A stretch of DNA of 64,000 nt from Caerostris extrusa (Eukaryota). This document shows, in pieces, positions 12,451 through 26,935 of this stretch. The position numbers and the translations under genes were made by a program. The first letter of the stretch is position 1, and every line of letters begins with the position of its first letter. Below the pieces are notes generated by a model that saw only the letters and a program-made list of their open reading frames with translations, was not told the origin of the DNA and ran no database searches. The stretch spans positions 66,414 to 130,413 of the forward strand of contig BPLR01000781.1 of NCBI GenBank assembly GCA_021605095.1. The letters run 5' to 3'.

Positions 12451-15400
12451 TCATATAAGATAGACGTTTTGAAACTATTCATGGTCACACAATTCTTTGA
12501 TTATTTTCATATCACTGAAAATTGATTCCAATTGGAGGACAAATAAGAGGACATGTCGTATCAGAAATAAAACTTTCAAAAATGATGAGGTGATGAATCT
12601 GACCAAAAATGCTGTGAAAAGTAATTGCTACACATTTGAGTAAATGTCTTCAAAGAAGAAACCCGTATATAGTAATTAGACGTAATGACAGAAACAACAT
12701 TAACAATTGAAATTCCTCATTGATTCTGAATCAACGGAAGTTGCAAATTCAGTAAGTGATTAAGGTGAAATGGAAATTTAGTAATCAACATAAAACATTT
12801 GCACATTTCTTTTATAACGTATAAATTTTTAAAATTCAAATAATAATACCTAATTAAAAATTCAAACCACTTTCAAACGAAATTTTTGAATGAAATGGAA
12901 AATGTGTTGCATTAAAATCAAACTTTTCATACTCATATTCTTTTCATTTTAAACGAGTATGAATTTAATGAAAACCATGCAAACATCAACAGTACAAAAA
13001 AAAAAATTGCAATTGATGTATATTTTTACAAATAATAATAATAAAAATAATAAATAAAATGCTGAACTTTTTTACGTCGTAAAAAAAAAAAAAACCCATC
13101 TCGCATCGACAGTCCAGATATCTGGGGGGACATACGACAGGCAAATGCAGGCACTAACTCTAAAAATTCTCCCTTCATCAACTATCGATTGCTGTTCGTA
13201 GTATACATAAATAGAACATGACCTTGTTGTCATTGACAAAAATCATATTTAAAAGTTTCAATTTTTTCAAATCTCTTTTTTTACCCATACTTTCTTTTTA
13301 GAACTTAAAAACATTTTCTAAAGCCATTCCCATCAATAGCTCATAATGCTACTATTAGTATATTTCAATTTGCTTACCTGATTTTAAAAAAAGTAAAATA
13401 TAATTTATTTTTAAAACTTGAAATAATTTTTATTATTTTTATTAGAAACATATTGATAACTGCCGTTTAATATTTTTCGTCTAATCATGAGATAAAATAT
13501 ATTTATCTTTTAAATATCATTTTTTTATTTTTATTAAATGCTATTTCTTCCTACACATATATTTCTAAAGAATCATACATAATTGTAGCAGCCGGAACAT
13601 ATATATATATAAGATGAAAGAAAACTAACGCAGGCTTGATCGGGATCCAAAATTTCAGAAAATTGCGAAAATTTGAACTATCCATTCCGAAAATTTGGGG
13701 CTTCCCAGTTCCATAAATTTCGTTCTACATATTACCAAAATATGCCTATCTTTTTCAAAGAATATTACATTTTCCAGGGTGCGCAGAAGATCTACCTCCC
13801 CGTGGTGCGCCTGGTAACACTTTTAGTGGCTAAATGATCTGCAACTTGGCATTATTGTTAGATTAATGAACTCTGTTTCAGCATGCATGTTTTGTTGTAT
13901 TATTTTGTTGTTGTTGCATGTTGTTTTTTTTTTTTTCGTTGTTATTTTTTTGCTGTAACTGTTCATAATCTGTCAATGGAAATAAAAAAAAAATATTTTC
14001 CATCTTTGAAATGAGTATGCTTAAAATGTTCGTATAATTTTGTAGGCAATGGTGAAAAACAATATATTTGGGATATATATTGTTTTATACCATTAGCGGC
14101 CCCTATGATGCTTTCTTCCTAATTTTATGGATGGAATTTCGGTTGGAAAGTAGCAGGAGTGGGGGAGATGGATCTTTGTTTCATGCGCAATTTCACAAAA
14201 TTCGACATATAGTTCACAGAACTTCAGTGCTAACCACCGTCTCTGAGAGGAGGTGAATATGTGCCGAAATATTTGATAATTCGAAAAACGTGGTGCTGCC
14301 AGTTCAGAAAATATCACTGTCACCCACAATCTCCTCCCCCTCCCCCTTCTAGACAATTTTCTCCTCGGGAAAAAAAAACCCCTCTTTTCACTAAGTTCTG
14401 ATAATTTTAAGCACCAAAAATTACAATCTTCATGGTTACTTTAATATCTTTTGAGAGAAGTACACGGCGTCGTATTCACGACACGAATTCATTCTTGGCG
14501 AATCAAAATGTCGCATTTTTTTCATTTGCATTTTTTCTCATCTGTTGGATATTGCACACTTCAACGTAGGAAGTCCCAAATTATAACGTTAATTTGGTGA
14601 GTATAGCATTATTTTTTAATATAAAAAGTCCCCTTTTACTTTTACTGTAAGGTACAAACTAAATTAAAACAATAAATGATCACCAATTTTGCTATCTTAC
14701 AGTGGATAAAATGTGAGTAAATTTTTTTTGCCTATTTCTTTAACCAGAATTTGTGGGCACTTTTACACAATGGAAACGAAGTATCGTGTTCCACAAGAAT
14801 ACTCATTAATATGTTAGAAATGAATGAAATCATAAGAAGTTTTTAAGAAGCGATGCAGTATTAAAACAGGTGCTCATATATTTAAAATAATGTAGAAAAG
14901 CATTACATTATGTGAGACTGGCAAGAAGATAAGAAGGAGACTACAATGCTGTTTAGATACATAAAATTTAATTTTTAATAAGCGAGAGAAACAGCTAGGT
15001 ATTAAAAGACGTTGCAAATGACAATAATAATAATAATCTCGTACAAATTTTTTTATAAATTCAATTTAGACTGAGTATAAAACATCTGTCTTCCATATCA
15101 ATTTGATGAAAATATTTGTAAAAGTTATTCATTTCAGGGAAAACGATTTTTTCATAATTTCCCAAATACAGTGAAATAAAGGTTGAAGGAATTAAAGGAT
15201 TTATGAACTAATGTGAACTGAAGAAGGTTTGAAAAGGCAAACAATAGTGATAATAACGCTCATGAGTTGTTTTCATGAATTAAGTGAAAAACAAATATAT
15301 TTTTTTTTAATCTTTACGGAGTAGAGAAAAACGGTTTTGATTTTCATATTCAGAGTGACAAATACTATAGATATTAACAAAATTCTACTAGATAAAATTT

Positions 15401-15479
15401 GTTTTCATAAACCAGCATTGTTGGATTTGGAAAAGTGTTTGGATCACAAAAATCCGGAGAAAGTTCAGATATATTTAGG

Positions 15480-16150
15480 TATTACCTAGTTTAACATATA
15501 CTGCCAGACAGAAAATGCAACACCATGAATATGAGGCCATATAAATATGCAAATTTTGAGGGATACGCCAGTGAAGGATGCAGATCTGAAATTATCGAGA
15601 TGATGTCAAGAACGAGCCACTTGGTGTGATAAGTCTCGATTCTACTTATTTGATGACAGTCGCAGGGTGAGATTCTGACTGATAGAGTCAATCGGATCAT
15701 TATTGAACATCATACCATAAGTCAATGTGGCATAATGGTTTCGATGCCGATAGACATTATAAAAGGTCAGCCCTCATATGCACCAAAAGTACATTGGCAG
15801 CACAATGATACATTGATGAAGTGCTGCAGTCGGTTGAAGTACCTTACATTCAGCAACTGAAAAATGGTATATTCCTTCAGGATAATGTGAGATCACACAT
15901 GGCATTCATCAGCAGACAAGCCTTGCAGCATATCCAGCTTCTTCCTTCGCCTGAAATGTTACCTCTTCTCTCATCGTGGCCTTGTATGTGATTGGTCTTT
16001 ATTTGTCTACTCTGCCCTAAGCTCAATCAAAGGACAAACTATGGAGAATATATGAGCTTCCATCCCTTAGGACACTATCTGTACAGTAACTGAATCTGTA
16101 CCTCGTAGGATGGCAGCTTGCATCCTACTTCCAATGATCCCCTATACATT
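15480..16150 (+). mobile_element. Degenerate Tc1/mariner-family transposase pseudogene fragment.
   Basis: Plus-strand frames give ..WSDESRFYLFDDS.., ..DEVLQ..VPYIQQLKNG.FLQDNVRSHMAFISRQALQHIQLLPSPEM.. This resembles the FQQDNARPH...LPWPARSPDLSPIE signature and is interrupted by stops. Confidence 0.6.
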
Positions 16151-19100
16151 TCATCGCTGTATAAATTATTTTCTTGTAAACAAAATCTTATTTACCTATG
16201 CATTCTCTGTTTATGTATCAATTTTCATCCTCATTTCAATTTTTTTCCACATGCATTATTTGAAGAGTAATATGTAAAAGCAGATTGGAAGACATGCTCA
16301 ATTAATGTAAAATATTGTTTATAAATACTATAAAAGAGAATAATGCAGTCCTTGTTAGAATGTAACTTCTTTCACTCCACAAACTAACATTTGACAAAAA
16401 GTGCTAAGCCATCACATCACAGAAAGGATAATTGAATGCTTCATTCTCCAAATTTGACTTATGGTTTTCAATTGAGGGGTAATATTCAAATGCCTCACAA
16501 TTAACTAATTGTTTTACCATAGTAATAAATTTCTTACATCAATTCAAATACAGTATAAAATACACTTAACTGAGATGCTACATGTTTAAAAAAATTATTT
16601 TATTTTTACATGTGAATATAAAGAAAATATTGGTACATGTTTACCATATTTGTCTGAAAGTAAAGAATTGAAGCATTTCATAGAACATTACTAATTTCAG
16701 TTGAACTAGTAACAGTAAATGTAATTAACTAAAACTAAAAAAATTCATCTTTTATGAACCAAATTTCTTTTTCATTTTTACAAATTTTGTAAAGTATCAC
16801 GAATTCATAGAAAATCTAATGTACTTAAATTATTTTTTAACATTTATATTATTTACTTAAATGCATCTTAGTTTTCCTATTATGATCAACATCTTTTTTA
16901 TCAGTTAATTAAGCAATGCCGATATATATCTTCCCTTTATAAAAATCCCAAATGATATTTTTAAATAATTCAGAAACACGGTTTTACTTTTTATGTTTAT
17001 ATAATATTAAAATATTAACGATATACATTGTAAACATTTTGAATCAAATCTGTTTGATCTCGATTTACAATTATTTATCATTATCCATGTATATCTGCTA
17101 TAAAAATTTTTAATATCTAACAAATTGTATAATCAGTTTATTGTAAAGAATTATGATAAACATATCTATGTGATGCTATTTGTTTTTAATACATAAAATT
17201 TGATTATGTTTTTGACCTGCATTTATGACTGGACAAACTGTTAACAATTTCTTATGAGAATTATACAATATAATATGCATAATCTGATTTTACTTGTAAT
17301 TCACTAATTTAACGATATATTTCAAAACTCTTGAGACTGATTTAAAATACACTTTTATCATTAAAAATAATCTTAAATTAACTTAAATAAGCTTATTTGA
17401 ATGTATCTAATGATTACTTTTATAAATGCCTTAGCAAACTTATTAAATTATTGAAAATGTTTAATCTAATTTTGGGTTATAACTTAATTGAAATGTATGT
17501 GCATTTAAATTCAACAACAGTATAATTCCATTTTTGTTAACTAATTTTAAATTTAGTTAATAATATTGTTTGGTAGCTTACAGAAAATGTACCAAATAAA
17601 AATCAAGTTCACCAATAAATAAATTGATATAATAAATTTCACTCACATTAAAAATACATTATAACGCTATATTAGATGTTCCATTCAGTAAAAGAAATGA
17701 AATATTTTTTATATGGTACAACAGAAATATTCTTTTTATATCAATAAGTTAAATTATGATAATTTAGTGAAAACCATTTTATCTATTTAACAAAAATAAA
17801 AAATCACAAGTTGTCAATTTAAAAAAAAAAAAATTGAATGTCTTTTCAAATGGAATTTTTTTGTTTAGTTTTATATACATTGGTTTGTATTTCCATAGAC
17901 ATCCAGTAAATGCTTCTTCTATTCAATGTAATTTCATCATCCTCAGTATAATTTTTTTTTTTTTTTTTTTTTTAATATTGTAGAATCAAAGTTGTTCTTA
18001 AAATCAGAAAAATGTTATGCCAGTTTAAGATTTTGAAGGATGCAAAACAGAAAATTTATAGGTTCATGGGAAGTCAAAGGAAGTATTGTACATTAACAAA
18101 TAATCCGTGGAATACATCAGAACAATTTGTTTTATACTACTCAAAATTATGACTGCAGATCAGAGTAGAATATGGTAGTTAAAAATAGTATTCATGTATA
18201 CCTTCAAATTCATCAACATAACAAATTTTTGATAAAAACTGAATTAACACAAAATAAATATTTATTAAACTTTTAATTAGGATTTGATTTAATGCATTTA
18301 AATTACAATGTCATGATATAACAATCAATATATTATAAAAAGGAACAACAACAAATACAAAAACATATGTATAGATTGAATAAACTTAGTAAATAGACAG
18401 TAATAATAACAATTTACAATTAGAAAAAAAAATAATATATTTAAAATAAATCAAACATATTAACAGTATAGATTTTTAAGCAGAATGAGAACAAAATTTT
18501 TAATACTGTATAGTTGGCAGGTTACATAAGTTATTTAATATGAACAGTAAATAGTATATTAACTGTATTCTATAACAATCTTTGAGGAACATAATTCTTC
18601 TTGTTGCATTTATAATATAAATGCAATATAATGCCTTATGACTAAAGAATAAATATTTCAATCTTCATAAAAATAATTATCCAAGTTTGATGTAAAATTT
18701 ATAAACAACAACAAAAAAAGAAAGAAAGAAATCAGAATGGATGAAAAATAAGCAAATAATAGCAAATTTAAATGAAAATTTAAGATTGTGTTCAATACAG
18801 TAAAATAATTATAAAATAAAAATATATAATTATTTAATAAATAAAATTGAAAGAGATTTCATTGTTCATGAAACATATTAAAACTGATCAACATATTATA
18901 ATGCTAGTTTAAGAACAGTAAAAGTTTAATAAAGAAACATTTAAACAAAAAAAAAATTTCAATGAAAATAATTATATCATTTTTTTAAAATAAGAAAATA
19001 GTTAATTAATAATTTATTCATAATTTTTAATGTGTAATAAGTTTTATTATACATTAAAAAGAAGGCCTACTGCATAAAAAGCATAGTTCTTTCTTAGAAC

Positions 19101-20555
19101 CGTAATCACATTTATAACTAATAGAAAAATACATTTCATAAATGTTTCATGTATCATACTTCTATCCCAACAAAAAAATATATATATTATTTTATATCAC
19201 ATTTAGAAGCGACCTGCAATGTTATCTATCACAATAACTTCCCTGATTAGCTAATATAAAAATAACAAGGAAGAGAAAAAATTAGTACTGGCTACTTCCA
19301 AGTACTCGCAACTTCCAAAAGGTGAAATTTATTAATTATATTCATATGCATATCTTGAAGAAAACAAGATAACAACAACTATAGAGACTAGCACCAAAAT
19401 AGTAGATTTTAAAAGCTAAATTTAGTTACAGAAAATGCATTACCAAATTAAAAATGGTAATAAATTTAATAGAGTTCAGTAAAACAATAACAAGTCATGC
19501 TAGGATTCAATGAAATGCGTGTATAAAATTTTTTTAATTGATAAAGAATATAAACATCTAAAAATTTTGTCTGATATGAAGTAATAATAAAACACCCCTT
19601 ATTTATTCATATCACAAGACAAGTAAGTACATGAACTCAGAAATAAGGATTATAAATATTAAATTTAATCTATAAAATATAAAAATTTGATAAATAAGAT
19701 TGATTGAGAAAGATAGTTAAATAAATTCATCTTTATATAATCTCTGAAAGCTTAAAAAAAAGTAACTATATTGTTTCAACACTAAATTTGCTTTCAATTT
19801 CATGAGTAAAAAAATATTGTTTTAGTGCATTTTTTGCAACTATTTTTATAGTAGATAGTTACAGAAAACATTTTAAAATACAAATATTGATTTCAACAGT
19901 ATGATTTTCAAAATTATATTTTAACAGAAAAAATGATTATATATATAAATATATATATATATGAAATAAAAAATGAAGTGAAAACTGCTTTAAGTTTCCT
20001 TTTTTATCAAATTTGTATCATTTAGAAGATGTATGTATTATGTGTAGATTATATGTAGAAATTGAAATTAATGAGAATGGTGATGCTAAAATATGTTATT
20101 ACAAAGATTAACTGTTTAAACCTCTGTTTAATAAAATATATTAAAATATGATAAATTAAATATTTTTTTAATTATAACAATTACGATGAATTTTACTTAG
20201 TGTTATAAGAAAGAAATAATAAATAATAATTAATAATAAAAGAAATTTCTTTTTATAAGAAATTTCTTTTATCTTAAATATAATCAATTTGTGTTATTCC
20301 TTTAGAATAAGAATTTACATCTAAACCATTTAAGCCTGTAAGTGCTACTGAGTTAAAGCATATGTTTCATTCCATCAATAACCAATTAAACCAATACAAA
20401 TCATACAAAATTGCTAATTATAGTTCATTGTGCAATTGAAAAAGCAAACATGTAAGTATCCACCATAAGATAAATGAAGCTTCTGTAAATAATCTTTCTT
20501 TAAGCATTGCAAAAGAAAGGGCAAGACAGAATAATGTGCACTTGACAGTAAGAGC

Positions 20556-20708
20556 TTATGAAGCATCACTATCTAAACGCTGTCTCTTTGGTGACAAAGA
20601 AGACATTGCACCTCCAAGGAAACCCTGAGCAGTTGAAAACAAATTGATAGGTGTATTACCATCCGTAATAAGAGCAGACTGAATTCCAAGGCCTTGAAGC
20701 AGCTTAAC
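20556..20708 (-). CDS. MVP: MVP exon 14 (terminal): [50 protein letters not shown] plus stop TAA at 20558-20556.
   Basis: Matches the vault protein C-terminus ([32 protein letters not shown]); acceptor ttgttgcag. Confidence 0.85.
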   Translation of the reverse strand, partial: VKLLQGLGIQSALITDGNTPINLFSTAQGFLGGAMSSLSPKRQRLDSDAS

Positions 20709-20835
20709 CTGCAACAAAATGAATTGAATATAGTAATTTGCATATAAACATAATTTTTAATGAATTAATGTATTCACAACTGTAAAATTTAAAACATGAA
20801 AATTTTTGTACTAAATAAATAATTATAAATTGTAC

Positions 20836-21024
20836 CTGGAAATCTTGTCCAGCAGATGCCACAGTCTGGATTGTTTCACGGCCAAGACTTTCAACAAGAG
20901 TTTTGAATTTTTCTGTTTCAATATCAGCAATTTCTCTCAACTTGGAAACTTCTAAATCATTTTGATCTTTTAAGTATTTCAATTCGTCTTCCCTAGCTTT
21001 ACGTAGACGTTCTAATTCAGTTTC
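20836..21024 (-). CDS. MVP: MVP exon 13 (ETELERLRKAREDELKYLKDQNDLEVSKLREIADIETEKFKTLVESLGRETIQTVASAGQDFQ).
   Basis: Conserved MVP coiled-coil/cap region (..[42 protein letters not shown]); acceptor ttttgtag; donor GTACAA. Confidence 0.85.
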
Positions 21025-21585
21025 CTACAAAAGCATACTAATATTAAAATCATATAAAATTTTAATTAACATTATCCTTATTGAGACGTTTTTTTACATA
21101 TATTTTGCAATAAAAAAACCCCCATAAAATAAATTGTTTGAATGAAATTATGTAAAAATTGAAGAACAATTTTGTTTGCTGCCACATTTAATTATTAATT
21201 TAGACTACTAGAACATATTTATAAATTTTATCTAATTTCCCTTAAGCTTTATTTTCTATCAATTCCACATAATGGCATATGACAAACATCATAAATGTTT
21301 TTGCTTGTTTTTTAAAAATGCAACTCACATAGATGACTTTATTTTAAAAATATCTATATTTTTCCCCTCCCATTTAACTATTATATATTATGTTTATAGA
21401 GGAAAACAGTATTTTATTTAGAAATTTTTTAAAAATTAGTAAAATTATTAACAAAAATCCAGAGATTATAAACAATGATTCAAAATTCACCAAAATTCAA
21501 GATTTGAATGTACAGATCTAAATTATCAGTTGAAAATAAAAAAATAATAATTAACATAATGAAAATAATAATAATAAAAACATAC

Positions 21586-21829
21586 AGCTTCAATTTTCAT
21601 GGCTTCTGCTTTTGATCTTGCTTGTTCTACAGCAGCTTCAGCTTCAATTCTTTGAGCTTCTGCACGACTCAAAGCTTCTGCTTTAGCCTGACCACAATTC
21701 TCAATTGCTATGCTACTGGCCTTTAATTCAAGCAAGTTCTTTTTCGATTTCTCAGCCTCTACTTCATCAGATATGCGCTGACGCTCAAGTCGTCCACGAG
21801 CTTCTTGTTCTCTTCGTTCAGCTTCATGC
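21586..21829 (-). CDS. MVP: MVP exon 12 ([82 protein letters not shown]).
   Basis: Matches [55 protein letters not shown]; acceptor tttgaatacag; donor GTATGT. Confidence 0.85.
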
Positions 21830-22465
21830 CTGTATTCAAAAATTTTTTATTCCATCACTTTCAATAATTTTTTAAAGAAAGTAATACCAATATAAATAAA
21901 TATTGCACTAAGGAATATCAAGATTCCATACTATGAGTATACTATTTGTTCTGCTAATTTGCAGAACAAATACTTGGGGTATAAGTTTGATTTACTTCAA
22001 CATGGATACTCAATATATATAGCAGAGGTGATTTTAGGTAATACTGAAAGTTTCTGAACCACATGTTAAATTTTCAGAAATTGAGAAAAAAAAATCTCTT
22101 CACTTTATTCCTGCAAAATTGCAATATAAAATTTGAAAAAGAAAGCAATATATGGTCAGCTTTTGCTTAATATGTATTGTATTTTACCATTATCTACACA
22201 TATTACAAGCATATTTATTTCAGAGATGGAGAAGTCAACATTTTGAGATTGTGTAACAGGAAATTTTCAGAAATGGTAGTATCAATTTTTCACAATCAAT
22301 CAAACTTTTGAGCTTAGTCATCCCTGATATATAGCATTATAATTAAAAACTATACATATTTATTAAATTGTTAAGAGATTCAAATAAGTTAAGCAACAAC
22401 TGAATCAATTATTATTTTGTGCATATAAGTTTTTTAGATAGGTTTGAAATAAATAAGACTTTTAC

Positions 22466-22677
22466 CTTGCAGTGGCTTCTTGACTCTGGGTGGTTATTTC
22501 TATAGCAAGCTGAACTGATTTTTGTAAAGAATCCCTAGTGCGTTGATCTACTGGTTCAACACTTTGAATATCCACACTGGTAATATTAAGGTTATTTTGA
22601 GGAAAATTGAAAGTTTTTCTGATCTTTTTATTATCATCCAAACCAAAAACAGCAGTACGTATGATTTTGGCAGAATT
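22466..22677 (-). CDS. MVP: MVP exon 11 ([70 protein letters not shown]).
   Basis: Near-identical to the MVP shoulder region ([12 protein letters not shown]....[37 protein letters not shown]); acceptor ttttcttttcag; donor GTAAAAG. Confidence 0.9.
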
Positions 22678-23165
22678 CTGAAAAGAAAATTTTATAAACA
22701 TAGAGTAATAATTTCAATTTTCTCTAACTACTATTTTGAATGTGGAATAAATATAAGTATATATAAAACTTAAAATGTAATGATTAAGAATAAAATTGAA
22801 AAGCATTATGAATGATTCTGTGTATCATCATTCTATTTTAAAATATCACATCTAATAAAAAGTAAATTAATACATATTACATATAAAAGCTTACACATAA
22901 ATTAAGCTAAAGAATAAATATTTATAGATAAAACTACTAAATAGCACTTGATAAAATAATAATTTAAAATGTATATAATGTAAGTTTCTTAATTGGCTTT
23001 ACTACAGTAGTATGTGACAAACTATGATTTTGTATGAAAGTTCTAATAATAAAATAGTATATATGTAATAACATTAATCTTATTTTGAACTTGGTTATTG
23101 CTTTCATTAAAAAGTTTCATACTGATTTGTCGTTAATTAATGATATATGAAGTTACAGTACATAC

Positions 23166-23307
23166 TTTATGAAAATCATCAAAATTTGTCCCAGCTACAG
23201 TACCACGAATTCTTGAAGCTACTGCCTTGCAAAGATCACCAATAAAATCAGGAACACTAAATAATTTAGCAGCTGCTACAGGACCTTTGTCACCAATATC
23301 AAAATAC
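23166..23307 (-). CDS. MVP: MVP exon 10 ([48 protein letters not shown]).
   Basis: Matches MVP ..[36 protein letters not shown]; acceptor aattatag; donor GTATGTA. Confidence 0.9.
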
Positions 23308-24045
23308 CTATAATTAATGATTAAATGTTTTTTTTTTATACAATTTAATTTTGTGAAATACTTTGCAAGAAACAATCCTTATGTAATACAAAAGAAAATT
23401 TACTAAAATATATGATTATTTTCATTGCTAGCAACAATTTTTTGTATTAAACTTGTAATAATTTTGCTACTTTTTAAAAAGACAAATAAATGGGAGAGGG
23501 CAAAAAAAAATGTTAATGAAATACTCAAAATGTAAGTATTTTAAATAAACATAAAAATTCTGATACAATAATTATTTCTTACTGTTATAATACGCCAATT
23601 ACAAAACTGCCAGATTCTTAGTCAATGAGCTCAGCCATTTAATTTAATCATTATGACATAGATATCATATCATAAGATGATTAGTTAATAGTTCTACAAA
23701 ATAATTATTTAAAAAAAAGAAAGGAATTCTAAAAAAGATTTACTTAATTCTACACATTTATAATGCAAAATAATTAAAAATATTATTCATTTTATCATTT
23801 AATATGTTTTTTTGTTTATCTCTTTAAATGACTAAGGAACTTTTTCTTTTAATTAAATAACAAAGATGGAAAACATGTCATTTAAAAACTAAGTATTTTG
23901 AAAAGTGAAATCTTTTTGTACAATGATTTATGTAAATTATATATAAATTTTTAATAAATAAAAAGTATTATTAAAATCAATCAAAATAATTTATGATTAA
24001 ATATAGATAAAATGATCAGTAAAAGTAACTATATTAAAAACTAAC

Positions 24046-24243
24046 CAATTATATGACAGCTGTAGCGATAGTCGAGCATGATCAGCAGTTTCAACTGTGA
24101 TAATATCTGTACAGAAATCAGGCCCCAATAACAAGCAAAGAGTTTTGATAACACTGGGTCTCTTTGGTTTATCACCAGATAAACTGAGTTGTGTAAACTG
24201 TTCATCAGGTGCTAACATTACAAGATCTGGACCGAATGTAACT
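24046..24243 (-). CDS. MVP: MVP exon 9 ([67 protein letters not shown]).
   Basis: Matches [69 protein letters not shown]; donor GTTAGT. Confidence 0.9.
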
Positions 24244-24511
24244 CTATTAAATAAAAATAAACAACTTTTAGTGTATAAAAGAAAAATTGGTTCAATTATT
24301 AAAATTAATGCAGATATATTAATTTGTACAAACAAAACATTCTTGAACCAATAAAAATTATAAGTGATTTTTTAAAAAAATATATACAAAGATTAAAAAA
24401 ATAGATAAATGAAATATTTTAAAATTCATTAATGAAAATTAGATAATTCATTATTTATACTTATAAATTTTTAAAGATTATCTAGTAAATAAAATATTAA
24501 AAATTCCTTAC

Positions 24512-24777
24512 CTCGATTTCTTTTGTTTATAATCGTATATCTGCACAGCAGCATTATGTGGAACTCTGAGAGTTATTGCTCTAGCCCCACCCTCTTCAGA
24601 TTTAGATTTTTGCTTCACTTGTGCAGCAGCAACTCCTCTAGCCATTCTCCAAGAACCTCGATCACTTAAAGGGTCAAGTCCCTGATTCAGAAGTTCTTCT
24701 ACCTGAGGTGGTAAGTCTTTGTCCCACAATTCCTCATCTTGGTTAAGCATATAAGTAGATCCAGATATAAGACGAAT
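24512..24777 (-). CDS. MVP: MVP exon 8 ([41 protein letters not shown]...[19 protein letters not shown]).
   Basis: Matches MVP [41 protein letters not shown]...[20 protein letters not shown]; acceptor ttgccag; donor GTAAGG. Confidence 0.9.
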
Positions 24778-24879
24778 CTGGCAAAAGCATTTCAAAATTA
24801 AACTATTTGTACTTTTATTACTTATGATTAACAAATAAAGTGAAAATAAAATTAAAATATTCAAATCATATGTACTTAC

Positions 24880-25029
24880 TTGACCAGTTTTAATATTTCT
24901 CACATATATTCCTTCATTTTCATCCAAAGCAATAGCATATCTTTTAGTTATTATTTCTACTTGAGTTGGTGGAATGTACTCAGTTGGTCCTTTGATCATC
25001 CAGCGATCTCCAGGATTTCGGTTAACAGC
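24880..25029 (-). CDS. MVP: MVP exon 7 ([50 protein letters not shown]).
   Basis: Matches [48 protein letters not shown]; acceptor ctttttcag; donor GTAAGTA. Confidence 0.9.
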
Positions 25030-25414
25030 CTGAAAAAGATATTCAAATATTAATGAAAATTAACTCAATACAAAAATGTAGCGTTTTCCTATAAATCTAT
25101 GAAATAGAAAATGAAAAATTTTGATTAAATTAGTACTTAAAAACAGAGGGAATATTAGTTTGATATTAGAAATATTACTATATTATAAACTTAAAATTAA
25201 ATTTTCTGTCAATATATTTATAACTAATACAATATTGTAATATCAAAAGAAGTAATAAATAATATGATCAAATCAAATAGTGTTGACAATATTCAGCTTT
25301 ATTTTTTAGATAAAGAAATATTACAGATTTTCAAACTAAAAATGGAAATTAACTGAAACAGTATTATTGATTAATTTCAATCAAAAATTTTATTAAAAAA
25401 AGACAATTCAGTAC

Positions 25415-25552
25415 ACCTACAGGTGTTTCACTATTATCTTGGAATGCTTCTCTTGCTTTTAAAATAAGTCCTTCATTTTCACTTAGAATATGTATATCTT
25501 GGATTCCTGCTTCCAGCTTTTCACCAGGTTGTAAAAAGAAAGATTTCTCACC
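25415..25552 (-). CDS. MVP: MVP exon 6 ([46 protein letters not shown]).
   Basis: Matches [38 protein letters not shown]; strong acceptor ttcttcccccttag. The GTACTG donor was chosen so that exon 7 is in frame; the alternative GTGTAC donor 2 nt upstream would shift the frame. Confidence 0.75.
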
Positions 25553-26935
25553 CTAAGGGGGAAGAAAATAATAATGCAGAAAACTCTAATTAGGTTTTCT
25601 AAGCTCAAATAAAATATTGTTCTATTAATTTTTAATTTCATATGCAATCAGTTTCTAACATAGAGTTTAATATTTTTCTATTTCAAAAACGTTCTATGCA
25701 TAAATTTCAAAATATGACAAAGAAGAGATATTTAAACTTAATAATAAACAAAAATCTTTAATTAAATATTAAGTTAAGAAAACTGTTTGCTTAACATTTT
25801 TTTTAAATAGTTTCCTTCTCTGGAATTTTCTTTTTTATTGCTTAAAAAAAAAGTCAAATTTATTAATATTATTTCAATGAAATTTATTATGATATTTTTA
25901 AATACTTTTCAGTAATTATTTTAAAATAAATATTTTTAAGATTTTCCTAAAAGACCATTTTTATAATATATGAAATTAGTATAATTTAAACAATGTATGC
26001 AAAATTGACAACTGTCGGTTAGATTAAAAATAGAGCAGTGCAATATGAGAGAAAGTTAATTTCTAAGGCTCATTTAATTACAATAAAATAATTTTAATAT
26101 GTAAAAATTAAAATTAAAATTTCACAATATCAAAAGATATTAGATGAAAAAAATTTCACAATAACTAATGAACTTTTGTTCTTTCAAAACTATATTTGAC
26201 AACCATATCTAATAAAGGTATTGATTAATCTATTTTTGCTTTTAAATCAGATGTTTGCCTTTCCACACAATCTATGGTCGAACTATACATAATTGATTTT
26301 AGACTGATGGAACAATCTGAAGACTGGCACTTTAAAGCTACTAATTTTGAATTGCTAATACATTTATAACTTGATATGAGTTCCTACAATTATTCAATTT
26401 AAAAAAATTACAATTATTTTATAAAAGTTATTAATTTCTTAATTAACACATAAGAGTTAAATTAATTAATTGAACAATTATACATACATAAAGAACGAAA
26501 AGAAATATATAGCATTTATTGATTTTAACCTTTAAAATTAATAAAACTTGATTTACAATAGAATAAAATGAAAATTGTATTTTATTAACCATATACTATA
26601 GTTTGGATTAAGCATTAGTAAAGATATCACATTGAAATTATAATGCTAAAAATGTTTTTTTTAACAAAAGAATTCATGTGCAAATATAATTCACCTTCTC
26701 TAATCTCTTATAATAATGAGTTAAGTTTTGAATATCTAATATAAATTATTAATAAATTTACTAAAAAATTCACAACTACTATAATTATTAATCATTATAT
26801 TTTAACTTAATTACATCAATGAGATTAAGTTTTTATTAAAAATATGTTTATTAACATTTCAATTAATTCGAGTTAAGCTTTTTTCAGTTATTATACAAAC
26901 AAAATATCTTAAATCAAAACAGATGTATATCAAAA

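Noticed and set aside
16300-20500. A 4-kb gene-free stretch
   Set aside because: Extremely AT-rich low-complexity sequence with only short chance ORFs and no splice-consistent coding signal. Treated as intergenic or MVP downstream region.
22543-24354. Plus-strand ORFs 22543-22773 and 24097-24354
   Set aside because: Antisense to MVP exons 11 and 9 respectively.
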